From contig DASTUL010000031.1 in NCBI GenBank assembly GCA_035759645.1, forward strand, positions 1-61,811: a DNA stretch of 61,811 nt, in the 5' to 3' direction. The translations under genes were made by a program, and so were the position numbers. Positions 44,007 through 56,548 of this stretch are shown here, piece after piece. This DNA comes from Lysobacteraceae bacterium. GTDB taxonomy: Bacteria; Pseudomonadota; Gammaproteobacteria; Xanthomonadales; Xanthomonadaceae. Within the stretch, counting starts at the first letter, position 1. Each line of letters opens with the position of its first letter. A model generated the notes under the pieces. The model saw only the letters and a program-made list of their open reading frames with translations. It made no database searches and had not been told where the DNA came from.

Positions 44007-45785
44007 TCACTTCTCGAGCAGGAATTCCAGGACCTCGGGCAGGCGCGCGCGCCAGGCGGCTTCGTTGTGCTCGGCGCCTTCGTACACGCGCGTGATCCAG
44101 TTGTCGCCTTCGACGTAACCGGCTGCGCGCAGCACGTCGTCCATGCGTTGCTGGTGGGGACCGTACTCCGCGTCGAGCGTGGCGGTGCCGTGGTCGAACC
44201 AGAGGCGGTGCGTGGCGGGGTCTGGCAGGTGGTGTGCCAGCCAGTCGATGACGATGCCGTCGCCCGCGGGCCAATGCGTGGACACGGCGCCGACGCCGCC
44301 GAACGTCTCCGGGTACCGCGCCGCCGCATAGAGCGAAATGAGCGCGCCCATGCTCGATCCGACGACGAAGGTGTCGTCGCGGCCCGGCCGCGTGCGGAAC
44401 TCCCGGTCGATGGCCGGCTTCAGCTCCTCGACCAGGAAGCGCAGGTACGCATCGGACGCGAGCTGTTCCGGCGCCAGCATCGTCGGGGAGCCCGCGGCAG
44501 CCTGTTCGGCGATCGGGGCCTGCGGCATGTATTCCTGGAACCGGCGCGGCGTGTTCCAGACGCCGACGACGATGGCCTCGCGGATGGTGCCGTTAGCGGC
44601 GAGCGTGGTGATCGCTTCGTCCACGCCCCAGTCGACGCCGGTGTACGACAGCGCCGGGTCGAACAGGTTCTGTCCGTCGTGCATGTACACGACCGGGTAG
44701 CGGCGGTCCGGATCGGTGCCGTAGGACGGAGGCAGCCAGATGTCGACACCGCGCGCGGGGACGTGTGCGGAAGGGACGTCCTGCCAGCTGACGGTCGTTC
44801 CCGTCGCGGTGATGGCCGGCGCCGTGGTGCCGTAGGCCCAGTCGAGGAAGACCGGGAGCATCCGCGCCCAGGTGGGCTGGTCGTGCCGGCCGCCTTCCAT
44901 GACATGCAGGGCAACCGGCGCGCGGGTCTGGCGCGTTGCGTGATCGAGGTTGGCGCCGTAGCCGAGTTGCGCGAGGCCTTTCGCCCGCGGGTCGTCCGCG
45001 GTGCCGTACCCGGTGATGAGGTCGCGGGTGTCGTCCAGCGCATCGTTGATGCCGTCGTCATCGCGGTCATCGGTGTCCTCGTCGGTCCCGACGGCGAAGA
45101 ACAGCTCGAGCCCGCCACGCGGCTCGCTGCTGTCGACCATGCGCTGGGCCAGGCGCGTGCGCTGGACCGAGTCGACGTCGCTGCGGTCGGCGGACAACCA
45201 GAACGACGGCGAGAACGCACCGACCTTCGCGAACAGTTCCGGGTACTGCCAGCCGAGGTTGAACGCATTCAACGCGCCCAGCGACCACCCAAGGATCGCG
45301 CGTGCGTCGGGGGTCGTGCGGGTATGGAAGCGCGCATCGATCGCCGGGACCAACGTGTGCGCGACCCATTCGGAATAGGCGTGCGCGCGCTGTCCAACGG
45401 GACCGTACTTCGTCTGCGCGACGATCGGGTTGCCGGCCGCGCGATCGGACAGGCCGTAGGCGCCCATGCGGTCGGGCGGCATGTGGATGGCGACGGCGAT
45501 CAGCGGCCGTGTCGTGCCCGCCGCGATCATGTCGTCCAGCGTTCGCGCCAGCGCGACTTCATCCGCGTCCTGGCCGTCGTTGAGGTACAGCACCGGATAG
45601 CCGATCCCCGCATCCTGGTCGTAGCCCGTCGGCAGGTGCACATCCACCCGGATCGGCTCGGGCGAGACGCCCGGCGCATCGAGGTGCAGCGTTTCGACGG
45701 AGCCGGCGAACGCGGAGGCGGCCGGCAACAGCAGGACGAGCAGGAGCGACAGGCGACGTGCCATGGAGAAGGTGTCCGGGGTCAT
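44007..45785 (-). CDS. Secreted tandem-domain putative esterase (two PF00756-like esterase modules)
   Basis: Signal peptide. Two copies of the pattern YPV(L/V)Y(L/M)xDGQ ... G(W/S)S(L/M)GAL, separated by an acidic Ca-binding-like linker (DEDTDDRDDDGINDALDD). ATGA overlap with the upstream gene (ATG 45785; the alternative is 45764). Confidence 0.7.
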   Translation of the reverse strand: MTPDTFSMARRLSLLLVLLLPAASAFAGSVETLHLDAPGVSPEPIRVDVHLPTGYDQDAGIGYPVLYLNDGQDADEVALARTLDDMIAAGTTRPLIAVAIHMPPDRMGAYGLSDRAAGNPIVAQTKYGPVGQRAHAYSEWVAHTLVPAIDARFHTRTTPDARAILGWSLGALNAFNLGWQYPELFAKVGAFSPSFWLSADRSDVDSVQRTRLAQRMVDSSEPRGGLELFFAVGTDEDTDDRDDDGINDALDDTRDLITGYGTADDPRAKGLAQLGYGANLDHATRQTRAPVALHVMEGGRHDQPTWARMLPVFLDWAYGTTAPAITATGTTVSWQDVPSAHVPARGVDIWLPPSYGTDPDRRYPVVYMHDGQNLFDPALSYTGVDWGVDEAITTLAANGTIREAIVVGVWNTPRRFQEYMPQAPIAEQAAAGSPTMLAPEQLASDAYLRFLVEELKPAIDREFRTRPGRDDTFVVGSSMGALISLYAAARYPETFGGVGAVSTHWPAGDGIVIDWLAHHLPDPATHRLWFDHGTATLDAEYGPHQQRMDDVLRAAGYVEGDNWITRVYEGAEHNEAAWRARLPEVLEFLLEK

Positions 45786-46495
45786 TGGGTGGTTAGCGCG
45801 CGGCGGCAGGCGAAGAATCCGTTCCAGGTCAGGCGGCCGCGGCGCGGGTCGGGGTCGAGGCGTTCGGGCGCGGTGATCGCGCCACTGTGGAACACGGTGC
45901 CGCTGTAGAACAACAGCCGGTTGTAACGGGGCGGCACGGTCAGGACGCGGTCGAACCAGGCGTTGGAGTCGGTCATGTAGCCCGGGGCCAAGCCATGCCG
46001 CGCGCTGAACTCGTCGGCCGACATGCGTGCCGAGTCGTCGATCAGACGGGCGATCTCCGGTAGCGGACGCTTCGGCCGGAAGAAGCTGGTGCCGCCCAGC
46101 GCCGGGCCGGCAAACAGGTAGAGCACCGACGCCACCTGGCACTGGTCCGGTGCGACGTCCAGCCGGTCGACGTGGCACAGCCACTGCCGCGGCTGCAGGT
46201 CCGCCGGCGCGCGCGTGGTCATCGCCAGGCGGCTGTACATGCGCAACGTGCGGCGTGCGCCCAGCGCTCGGCGCAGGTGACGGACGAAGAAGGCGTCGAG
46301 TTGTGCCGACACCGCATCGGCCATCCGCAGTTCCGGCCCGGGGTAGGCGTTGTCGGGCGACTCGGCGAACTCGCCTGCATGCGCCACGGCGTACTCGACC
46401 CAGCGGTCCGGATCGACCAGCGCGTCGTCGATCACGTAGCACGCCTGCCGCGGGGTGATCGGCAGGACCTGGATCCTGGGTTCGGGATTGAACAT
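45782..46495 (-). CDS. Hypothetical protein, DUF6445-like (possible cupin/2OG-oxygenase fold)
   Basis: 237 aa with high GC3. Motifs GGTSFF and LLFYSGTVFHSG. Family name is from memory only. Confidence 0.5.
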   Translation of the reverse strand: MFNPEPRIQVLPITPRQACYVIDDALVDPDRWVEYAVAHAGEFAESPDNAYPGPELRMADAVSAQLDAFFVRHLRRALGARRTLRMYSRLAMTTRAPADLQPRQWLCHVDRLDVAPDQCQVASVLYLFAGPALGGTSFFRPKRPLPEIARLIDDSARMSADEFSARHGLAPGYMTDSNAWFDRVLTVPPRYNRLLFYSGTVFHSGAITAPERLDPDPRRGRLTWNGFFACRRALTTQ

Positions 46496-46511
46496 CGTGC
46501 GTGCGGCGACC

Positions 46512-48545
46512 CTAGCGTTCTGCGTTCCCCATCGGCACGAACCGGATCGCCTGGCCGCCACCGGCGGCGAGGCGCAGTTCGAGCGTGTCCGCGCTGGTCA
46601 CGGTGCGGGTCTCGCGCTCGAAGGCGAAGGGTGCGTCGCGGAAGTGCGCTTCGCGGCCGTCGCGGTAGACCTGCGCCTCGTACGTCTGGCCGGGTTCGAG
46701 GAAGGCGAGTGGAACCTCCAGCAGCCGGCCGTTCTCGTCGGTGACCGCGCCCAGGTACCAGTCGGCGCTGTCGCGATCCTGGCGGGCGATGGCCACGTAG
46801 TCGCCGATCGCGCCGGCGACGACTTCGGTGCGCGCCCAGTCGGCGGGCACGTCCTCGATGAACTCGAAGGCCTCCATGTGCTCGGCGTAGTGCTCGGGCA
46901 GGTCCGCCGCCATCTGCACCGGGCTGTAGACCACCACGTACAGCGCGAGCTGCCGCGCGAGCGTGGACTGCAGCGGCTGGCCGCGGCCCTGCAGGCTGAA
47001 GATGCCGGGGGTGTAGTCCATCGGGCCGGACAACATGCGGGTGAACACCAGCTCGGGCACGTGCTCGGGCGGGTTCGGCGGCTGGCCCCACGCGTTGTAT
47101 TCCATGCCGCGCGCGCCTTCGCGCGAGACCCAGTTCGGATACGTGCGGCGCAGGCCGGTGTCTTTCACCGGTTCGTGCGCGTTGATCGCGACGTGGTGTT
47201 TCGCCGCGGCTTCCAGCACGCGCAGGTGGTGGTTCACGTTCCACTGCCCGTCATGCCATTCGCGCACGATGATGCCGTCGTCCAGTCGCCGCTCGATCTG
47301 TCCGGCATCGCACACGTAGCCGGTCTTGACCACGTCGATGCCCAGCCGCTCGTTGAGTGCGAACGCCTCTTCCATCTGGCCTTCGTAGTGGGTGACCGCG
47401 CAGCCGGTCTCGTGGTGGCCGATCAGGTGCACGCCCTTCGACTGCGCGTAGGCCGCCAATGCCTCCAGGTCGAAGTCGCCGGTGGCGCGCGTGAAATCGA
47501 AGTCGTAGCCATTGCCGAACCACTGGCCGTCCCAGCCCGGGTTCCAACCCTCGACCAGCACGCCGCGGAAGCCGTGCTTCGCGGCGAAGTCGATGTAGCG
47601 CTTCGTGTTGGCGGTGGTCGCGCCGTGCTTCTCGCCGGTGGCCCAGCTTTCCTCTTCCAGGTGCAGCGACCACCAGATCCCGACGTACTTGCCCGGCTCG
47701 AACCAGGACACGTCGCCCAGTTTGTTGGGTTCGTTGAGATTGAGGACCAGGTCGGACGATTCGTAGAGGGCCGGCGCGCTGTCGGCGACCTGGATCGTGC
47801 GCCACGGCGTGTGGAACGGCAGGGCGCGGCGCACCTTCCAGCCTTCGGACGCCGGCGAGAGTTGCGCACGGAAGCGGCTGCCCTCGGTGCGGCGCAGCCA
47901 CATCGCCGAATAATCGACCAGCGCGGCTTCGTGGAAGGCCAGGTGCAGGCCATCGGCGGTGCGCACGGTCATCGGGGTGTGAGCCGCGGTGACCTCGCGC
48001 ACGGGCGTCTCGTCGTACAGGTACTCGTAGCGGTTCCATTCGCCGGCGGGGATCCACCAGGCGGTGGCGTCCGGCGCGGCGATCGCGAACTCGGTCAGCT
48101 CGTCCTCGATGACGGCCTCGCGCATCGCGGGCTGTTCCGGGAACACGTAGCGGAAGCCGAGGCCGTCGTCGTAGACGCGGAACACGACGTCGAACGTCCG
48201 GTGCGGCGCGATGGTCTCGCGGATGGTCGCGGTGAGTTCGTTGTAATGGTTGCGGACGAACCGATCCTCGCCCCAGGGCTGCTCCCATGTGTCGTCGAAC
48301 GTGCCAGTGGCCTGCGACGCGAGTTGCAGGTTGCGCTCGAGTGTCCCGGTGCCCCGCAAGCGGAACCCGAGCCGTGAGTCCGCGATGACCGGCTCGCCGA
48401 AGCGCTCCACCCGGTAGGCCAGGCGGCCGTCGGTGATGTCGAGCTCGACGGTGAGCACGTCGTCGGGCGACGACACCGAGGCGACGGTCTCGGCATGGAG
48501 CGAGGGCGCAAACAGGGCGACAAAGGCGAGCAGATAACAACGCAT
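46512..48545 (-). CDS. GH97 alpha-glucosidase (SusB-like)
   Basis: Signal peptide and GH97-like blocks (YIDFAAKHGFRGVLVEGWNPGW, VKTGYV, INAHEPVKDTGLRRTYPN). Trimmed to ATG 48545, excluding REP-encoded codons. Confidence 0.85.
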   Translation of the reverse strand: MRCYLLAFVALFAPSLHAETVASVSSPDDVLTVELDITDGRLAYRVERFGEPVIADSRLGFRLRGTGTLERNLQLASQATGTFDDTWEQPWGEDRFVRNHYNELTATIRETIAPHRTFDVVFRVYDDGLGFRYVFPEQPAMREAVIEDELTEFAIAAPDATAWWIPAGEWNRYEYLYDETPVREVTAAHTPMTVRTADGLHLAFHEAALVDYSAMWLRRTEGSRFRAQLSPASEGWKVRRALPFHTPWRTIQVADSAPALYESSDLVLNLNEPNKLGDVSWFEPGKYVGIWWSLHLEEESWATGEKHGATTANTKRYIDFAAKHGFRGVLVEGWNPGWDGQWFGNGYDFDFTRATGDFDLEALAAYAQSKGVHLIGHHETGCAVTHYEGQMEEAFALNERLGIDVVKTGYVCDAGQIERRLDDGIIVREWHDGQWNVNHHLRVLEAAAKHHVAINAHEPVKDTGLRRTYPNWVSREGARGMEYNAWGQPPNPPEHVPELVFTRMLSGPMDYTPGIFSLQGRGQPLQSTLARQLALYVVVYSPVQMAADLPEHYAEHMEAFEFIEDVPADWARTEVVAGAIGDYVAIARQDRDSADWYLGAVTDENGRLLEVPLAFLEPGQTYEAQVYRDGREAHFRDAPFAFERETRTVTSADTLELRLAAGGGQAIRFVPMGNAER

Positions 48546-48607
48546 CGGGACTCCTGGCAGCCCGTCATCCCCGCGAAGGCGGGGATCCAGGCGAGTGGAA
48601 GGCGACG

Positions 48608-51468
<2,861 letters not shown>

Positions 51469-51469
<1 letters not shown>

Positions 51470-51482
51470 GAATACGTTTGCA
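51469..51482 (-). promoter_or_regulatory. LacI-type operator copy 2 (TGCAAACGTATTCA on the minus strand)
   Basis: It directly abuts and overlaps the pullulanase ATG (attcATG). Located in the pullulanase/halogenase divergent spacer. Confidence 0.6.
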
Positions 51483-51581
51483 AAGCCCCCGAAACGCGTC
51501 TTCACGCGGTGCTGAACAGGCACGCTCGCCGACCGTTTTCGCGGACCGGCGGCATACTCTCCGCGGGAGATTCGATCAGGC

Positions 51582-53120
51582 ATGGGGTTCACCGGCATGG
51601 CAGGGGAAATCAGGGACATCGTGATCGTGGGCGGCGGCACCGCCGGCTGGATGGCCGCGGCCGCGCTGTCGAAGGTGCTCTCGCGCGAGTTCCGGATCAC
51701 GCTGGTCGAATCCGAGGAGATCGGCACCGTCGGCGTCGGCGAAGGCACGATCCCGATGATCAAGCTGTTCAACCAGGCGCTCGACCTGGACGAGGGCGAG
51801 TTCGTCGCGCGCACCAAGGGCACCTTCAAGCTGGGCGTGCACTTCGTCGACTGGCATCGCGAGGGCGAGGACTACATCCACGGCTTCGGCAGGATCGGCC
51901 AGGACCTCGGGCTGGTCCAGTTCCACCACTACTGGCTGAAGATGCGGCAGGCCGGCAAGGCGCGGCCGCTGGACGAGTACTCGATCAATACCTGGGCGGC
52001 GCGCCACCACAAGTTCATGCCTGCCCGCACCGACCGGAAGAACTCGCCGCTGGCCGACATCGCCTACGCGTACCACTTCGACGCCGGCCTGTACGCGCGC
52101 TTCCTGCGCGAGTACGCCGAGGCGCGCGGGGTCACGCGGATCGAGGGCAAGGTCGTCGACTACGCGTTGCGCGCCGAGGACGGCTTCGTCGAGTCGATCA
52201 CCATGGCCGACGGGCGCGTCATTCCCGGCCAGCTGTTCGTCGACTGCTCCGGCTTCCGCGGCCTGCTGATCGAGCAGGCGCTCAAGACCGGGTTCGAGGA
52301 CTGGAGCCACTGGCTGCCCTGCGATCGCGCCGCCGCGGTGCCGTGCGCAAGCCCGGAGGGCCCGATCACGCCGTACACGCGCTCCACCGCGCGTCCCGCG
52401 GGCTGGCAGTGGCGCATCCCGCTGCAGCACAGGCTCGGCAATGGCCACGTCTTCAGCAGTGCGTACATGAGCGAGGACGAGGCGGTCTCGATCCTCATGG
52501 CCAACCTGGACGGCGAGGCACTGGCCGATCCGAAGGTGCTGCGCTTCGCCACCGGCAAGCGCAAGAAGGTCTGGAACCGGAACGTGGTCGCGCTGGGCCT
52601 GGCGAGCGGGTTCGTGGAGCCGTTGGAGTCGACCAGCATCCACATGGTGCAGTCGAGCATCGCGCGCCTGTGCGCGTTCTTCCCGCACACCGGCTTCAAC
52701 CAGGTCGAGATCGACGAGTTCAACGAGCACGCCGACTTCGAGGCCGACCGCATCCGCGACTTCCTGATCCTGCATTACAACGCCACCGCGCGCGGCGACA
52801 CGCCGTTCTGGGACTACTGCCGCAACATGCCCGTCCCGGACACGCTGCAGCGCAAGCTCGACGTGTTCAACGCCAACGGCCGCGTGTTCCGCGACAACAT
52901 GGAACTGTTCGCCGAGACCAGCTGGGTGCAGGTGATGCACGGCCAGGGGCTCCAGCCGCGTGGCTACCACGGACTGGTCGACGTGTACCCGGAACAGAAG
53001 ATCCACGAGTACCTGGAAAGCGTGCGCGGGGTGATCGCCAATTGCGTGCAGACGATGCCGACGCACGGCGACTTCATCGCGCGGGCCATCGCGCCATCGA
53101 TGGCGCGCGCCGCGGCTTGA
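51582..53120 (+). CDS. Tryptophan-halogenase-family FAD-dependent protein
   Basis: VIVGGGTAGWMAA, GVGEGTIP, and the WxWxIP motif GWQWRIPLQ. Confidence 0.85.
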   Translation: MGFTGMAGEIRDIVIVGGGTAGWMAAAALSKVLSREFRITLVESEEIGTVGVGEGTIPMIKLFNQALDLDEGEFVARTKGTFKLGVHFVDWHREGEDYIHGFGRIGQDLGLVQFHHYWLKMRQAGKARPLDEYSINTWAARHHKFMPARTDRKNSPLADIAYAYHFDAGLYARFLREYAEARGVTRIEGKVVDYALRAEDGFVESITMADGRVIPGQLFVDCSGFRGLLIEQALKTGFEDWSHWLPCDRAAAVPCASPEGPITPYTRSTARPAGWQWRIPLQHRLGNGHVFSSAYMSEDEAVSILMANLDGEALADPKVLRFATGKRKKVWNRNVVALGLASGFVEPLESTSIHMVQSSIARLCAFFPHTGFNQVEIDEFNEHADFEADRIRDFLILHYNATARGDTPFWDYCRNMPVPDTLQRKLDVFNANGRVFRDNMELFAETSWVQVMHGQGLQPRGYHGLVDVYPEQKIHEYLESVRGVIANCVQTMPTHGDFIARAIAPSMARAAA

Positions 53121-53130
53121 GGGTGGGGAC

Positions 53131-54786
53131 TCACGCCAGCGTTCCGTAGAACACGCCGCGCGGCGGCAGCGACAAGCGACTGCCGTCCAGCGTTCCCGGC
53201 GTGACGCCCGGCGCATCGACCGGTGTGGCACGCATGCCGCCCGGCAACGTCCATTCAACCGCTTCGGCCGACAAGTTGAACGCCACCAGCATCGCGCCCC
53301 CTGTGGGAGCCGCCACGGCGGCGAGCTCTTCCCCACGCAAGAACGCCAGCACCGGCTCAGCCGCCTCCAACATCCGGATATCCCCCGCCACCAGCGCCGG
53401 ATGCCCCGCACGCCACCGCAGGAACGCACGCACCGCGTGCAGCACGGAACCGGGATCGCGCTCCTGCGCCGCGACATTGCGCGCAAGGTGCGCTTCTGGA
53501 ATCGGGAGCCATGCCGTGGCCGCCTGGGTAAACCCGGCCTGGACGCCGTCGTCCCAAGGCATCGGCGTGCGGCATCCGTCGCGCCCCTTGAAGCTCGGCC
53601 AGAACGCCTTGCCGTAGGGATCCTGCAAGGCTTCGTAGGGCACGTCCGCTTCCGGCAGGCCCAGCTCCTCGCCCTGGTACAGGCAGACCGAGCCGCGCAG
53701 CGAGCAGACCAGCGCGACGAGCTGCGCCGCCATCGTCTCGTCGACCTCCGCGCCGCCCCAACGGGTCAACGCGCGCGCGACATCGTGGTTCGAGATCGCC
53801 CAGCACGGCCAGCCGTCCGGCATCCGCGCCTCGAGCGTCTCGACCGTCTGGCGGATGTAGCCCGCGCTGCCGTCCTCGGTGAGCAGCTCGAAGCTGTAGC
53901 CCATGTGCAGGCGCCCGGGCGCGACGTACTCGGCCATCGTCCCGAGGGAGTCCTCCGAGGAGATCTCGCCCAGCGTCACCGCGCCCGGGTACTCGTCGAC
54001 CAGCGCGCGCAACCGTTCCAGGAACGGCAGCATCTCCGGCTGCGTGTTGTTGTAGTGGTGGTACTGGAACGCGTACGGATTGTCCGGGCTGAAGCCTCGG
54101 CCGATGCGCAGGTGCGGGGGCTTGGGCGGGTTGTCGCGCAACAGCTGGTCGTTGAAGCAGAAGTTGATCGAGTCCAGGCGAAAGCCGTCGACGCCGCGGT
54201 CCAGCCAGAAGCGCACGTTGTCCAGCGTCGCGGCCTGCACGTCCGGGTTGTGGAAGTTCAGGTCCGGCTGCGAGGACAGGAAGTTGTGCAGGAAGTACTG
54301 GCCGCGCCGTGGCTCCCACTTCCACGCGACGCCGCCGAACAGCGACAGCCAGTTGTTGGGCGGGCTGCCGTCGGGCTTCGCGTCGGCCCAGACGTACCAG
54401 TCCGCCTTCGGGTTGTCGCGATTCTCGCGGCTCTCGCGAAACCACGCGTGATCGACCGAGGTATGGCCGAACACCTGGTCGATCATCACCTTCAGGCCCA
54501 GCGCGTGCGCGCGCTCGAGCAGGCGGTCGAAGTCGTCGAGCGTGCCGAACAGCGGGTCGACGTCGCGGCCGTCCGCGATGTCGTAACCGAAGTCGGCCAT
54601 CGGCGAGCGGAAGAACGGCGACACCCAGATCGCCTCGACGCCCAGGCTCGCGACATGGTCGAGCCTGGCCACGATGCCCGGCAGGTCGCCCACCCCGTCG
54701 CCGTTGGTGTCGAGGAAGCTGCGCGGGTAGATCTGGTAGATCACCGCGCCCCGCCACCACTGCGTTGTCGTGTCCGCTGCCGCCAC
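53131..54786 (-). CDS. GH13 alpha-glucosidase / oligo-1,6-glucosidase
   Basis: WWRGAVIYQIYPRSF, DGVGDL, MIDQVFGHTS, GVDGFRLDSINF, LGEISS and ISNHD. GTG start at 54786. Confidence 0.85.
   Translation of the reverse strand: MAAADTTTQWWRGAVIYQIYPRSFLDTNGDGVGDLPGIVARLDHVASLGVEAIWVSPFFRSPMADFGYDIADGRDVDPLFGTLDDFDRLLERAHALGLKVMIDQVFGHTSVDHAWFRESRENRDNPKADWYVWADAKPDGSPPNNWLSLFGGVAWKWEPRRGQYFLHNFLSSQPDLNFHNPDVQAATLDNVRFWLDRGVDGFRLDSINFCFNDQLLRDNPPKPPHLRIGRGFSPDNPYAFQYHHYNNTQPEMLPFLERLRALVDEYPGAVTLGEISSEDSLGTMAEYVAPGRLHMGYSFELLTEDGSAGYIRQTVETLEARMPDGWPCWAISNHDVARALTRWGGAEVDETMAAQLVALVCSLRGSVCLYQGEELGLPEADVPYEALQDPYGKAFWPSFKGRDGCRTPMPWDDGVQAGFTQAATAWLPIPEAHLARNVAAQERDPGSVLHAVRAFLRWRAGHPALVAGDIRMLEAAEPVLAFLRGEELAAVAAPTGGAMLVAFNLSAEAVEWTLPGGMRATPVDAPGVTPGTLDGSRLSLPPRGVFYGTLA
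53302..53331. repeat. Half REP family B element inside the alpha-glucosidase CDS
   Basis: Sequence tgtgggagccgccacggcggcgagctcttc, read on the minus strand as [10 protein letters not shown]. Confidence 0.8.
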
Positions 54787-54866
54787 CGAGATTCCCGCGT
54801 TGTCCCCTGGCCTCACTATTCCATGCGCCCCGCGCGCCTGCCCCCGCCGGTCGGCACGGGTGGGGA

Positions 54867-54880
54867 TGAATACGTTTGCA
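54867..54880 (-). promoter_or_regulatory. LacI-type operator copy 3 (TGCAAACGTATTCA on the minus strand)
   Basis: Identical 14-mer to copy 2, in the alpha-glucosidase/MFS divergent spacer. Confidence 0.6.
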
Positions 54881-54885
54881 GGTCC

Positions 54886-54990
54886 GTCATTCCCGCGAAG
54901 GCGGGGTCTCTTGGCAGACGCATGTCTGCCCATCCAGCAGCGTTGCGCCGTACCATCGGACGCCACTGGGTCCCCGTCTTCGCGGGGACG
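54886..54990. repeat. REP family A inverted pair (widely spaced) in the alpha-glucosidase/MFS spacer
   Basis: Arm gtcattcccgcgaaggcggggtc (54886-54908) and arm gggtccccgtcttcgcggggacgat (from about 54968). Confidence 0.75.
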
Positions 54991-55011
54991 ATCGCGCGCT
55001 CCGGGGAAAAC

Positions 55012-56508
55012 ATGCAGGCCAAGCCGCAACTGTCGTTCTGGCAGATCTGGAACATGTGCTTCGGGTTCCTGGGCATCCAGTTCGGGTTCGCGTTGCAGAA
55101 CGCGAACGTCAGCCGGATCTTCCAGACGCTCGGCGCGGAGATGGATGCCATCCCGATGCTGTGGATCGCCGCGCCGCTGACGGGGCTGCTGGTGCAGCCG
55201 GTCGTCGGGTACCTGTCGGACCGGACCTGGACCGGCCTGGGCCGGCGCCGCCCGTACTTCCTCGCGGGCGCGGTGCTGGCGAGCCTGGCGCTGTTCGCGA
55301 TGCCGTTGTCGCCCGTGCTGTGGGTGGCGGCGGGCCTGCTGTGGGTGCTGGACGCGTCGATCAACGTGTCGATGGAGCCGTTCCGCGCCTTCGTCGGCGA
55401 CCAGCTGCCGGTGCGCCAACGCCCGACCGGTTACGCGATGCAGGGCTTCTTCATCGGCGTCGGCTCGGTGATCGCCAGCCTGCTTCCGTTTTTGCTGGCG
55501 CGCATGGGCGTGGACAACACCGGTGCGCCGGGCGAGGTGCCTGACACGGTGCGCTACGCGTTCTGGTTCGGCGGCGCGGTGTTGCTGGGCGCCATCGGCT
55601 GGACCGTGTTGCGCACCCGCGAGTACCCGCCCGAAACACTGGCGGCGTGGGACGAGGCGCCGCCGTTGGCGCGCCGCCCGGCCGACCCGGCACGCGCGCG
55701 GCGGCATGGTTCGGCCTGGCTCGTCGCCGGCGTGGCCCTGGCGGCCTTGGTGGCGGTGTTCGCGCTGGACCGGCAGCTGTACATCCTGGCCGGCTTGCTG
55801 GCGGCGTACGGCATCGCCCAGCTGGCGTCCGGCGTCGTGCGCGAAGGCGGTGCGTTCGCGACGATCATGGCCGACCTGCGCGACATGCCGCCGACCATGC
55901 GCCGGCTGGCGGTGGTGCAGTTCTTCTCCTGGTTCGCCCTGTTCGCGATGTGGATCTACACGACCGCAGCGGTCACGGCGGTGCATTTCGGCAGCGACGA
56001 CCCGACGACGGCGGCGTACAACGAGGGCGCGAACTGGGTCGGCGTGCTGTTCGCCGCGTACAACGGGTTCGCCGCGCTGGCCGCGGTCGCGATCCCGTGG
56101 ATGGTGCGGGCGATGGGCCTGCGCTGGTCGCACCTGGTGAACGCGATGCTGGGCGGACTCGGGTTGCTGTCGTTCCTGTGGATCGACGATCCGCGCTGGT
56201 TGCTGCTGTCGATGGTCGGCGTGGGCTTCGCCTGGGCCTCGATCCTGTCGCTGCCGTACGCGCTGCTGTCGGACTGCGTGCCCGCCGCGAAGATGGGCGT
56301 GTACATGGGCATCTTCAATTTCTTCATCGTGATTCCGCAGCTGGTCGCGGCGAGCCTGCTGGGTTTCATGCTCGACGGCTTCCTGGGTGGGGAGCCGATC
56401 AATGCGCTGGCTGTCGGCGGTGTGAGCCTGATGATCGCGGGGCTTGCCGTGCTGCGGGTGAAGGAGCCGGGTGCCGCCGTCATCCCCGCGAAGGCGGGGA
56501 TCCAGTGA
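55012..56508 (+). CDS. MFS/GPH-type sugar (maltose/sucrose-like) transporter
   Basis: 12-TM-like profile and GYLSDRTWTGLGRRRPY, the typical GPH/SLC45 loop. The last 9 aa (VIPAKAGIQ) are REP-encoded. Confidence 0.8.
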   Translation: MQAKPQLSFWQIWNMCFGFLGIQFGFALQNANVSRIFQTLGAEMDAIPMLWIAAPLTGLLVQPVVGYLSDRTWTGLGRRRPYFLAGAVLASLALFAMPLSPVLWVAAGLLWVLDASINVSMEPFRAFVGDQLPVRQRPTGYAMQGFFIGVGSVIASLLPFLLARMGVDNTGAPGEVPDTVRYAFWFGGAVLLGAIGWTVLRTREYPPETLAAWDEAPPLARRPADPARARRHGSAWLVAGVALAALVAVFALDRQLYILAGLLAAYGIAQLASGVVREGGAFATIMADLRDMPPTMRRLAVVQFFSWFALFAMWIYTTAAVTAVHFGSDDPTTAAYNEGANWVGVLFAAYNGFAALAAVAIPWMVRAMGLRWSHLVNAMLGGLGLLSFLWIDDPRWLLLSMVGVGFAWASILSLPYALLSDCVPAAKMGVYMGIFNFFIVIPQLVAASLLGFMLDGFLGGEPINALAVGGVSLMIAGLAVLRVKEPGAAVIPAKAGIQ

Positions 56509-56548
56509 GCGCGGCGATGCGGTGGATCCCCGCCTTCGCGGGAATGAC
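56479..56548. repeat. REP family A inverted pair spanning the MFS stop and the amylase start
   Basis: Arm gtcatccccgcgaaggcggggatcc (56479-56503) and arm ggatccccgccttcgcgggaatgac (56524-56548). Confidence 0.9.

Noticed and set aside
51582-53120. Tryptophan halogenase as the marker of a natural-product biosynthetic gene cluster.
   Set aside because: No NRPS, PKS, flavin reductase, tailoring or export genes are adjacent. The surrounding genes are all glucan-utilisation functions under a shared operator.
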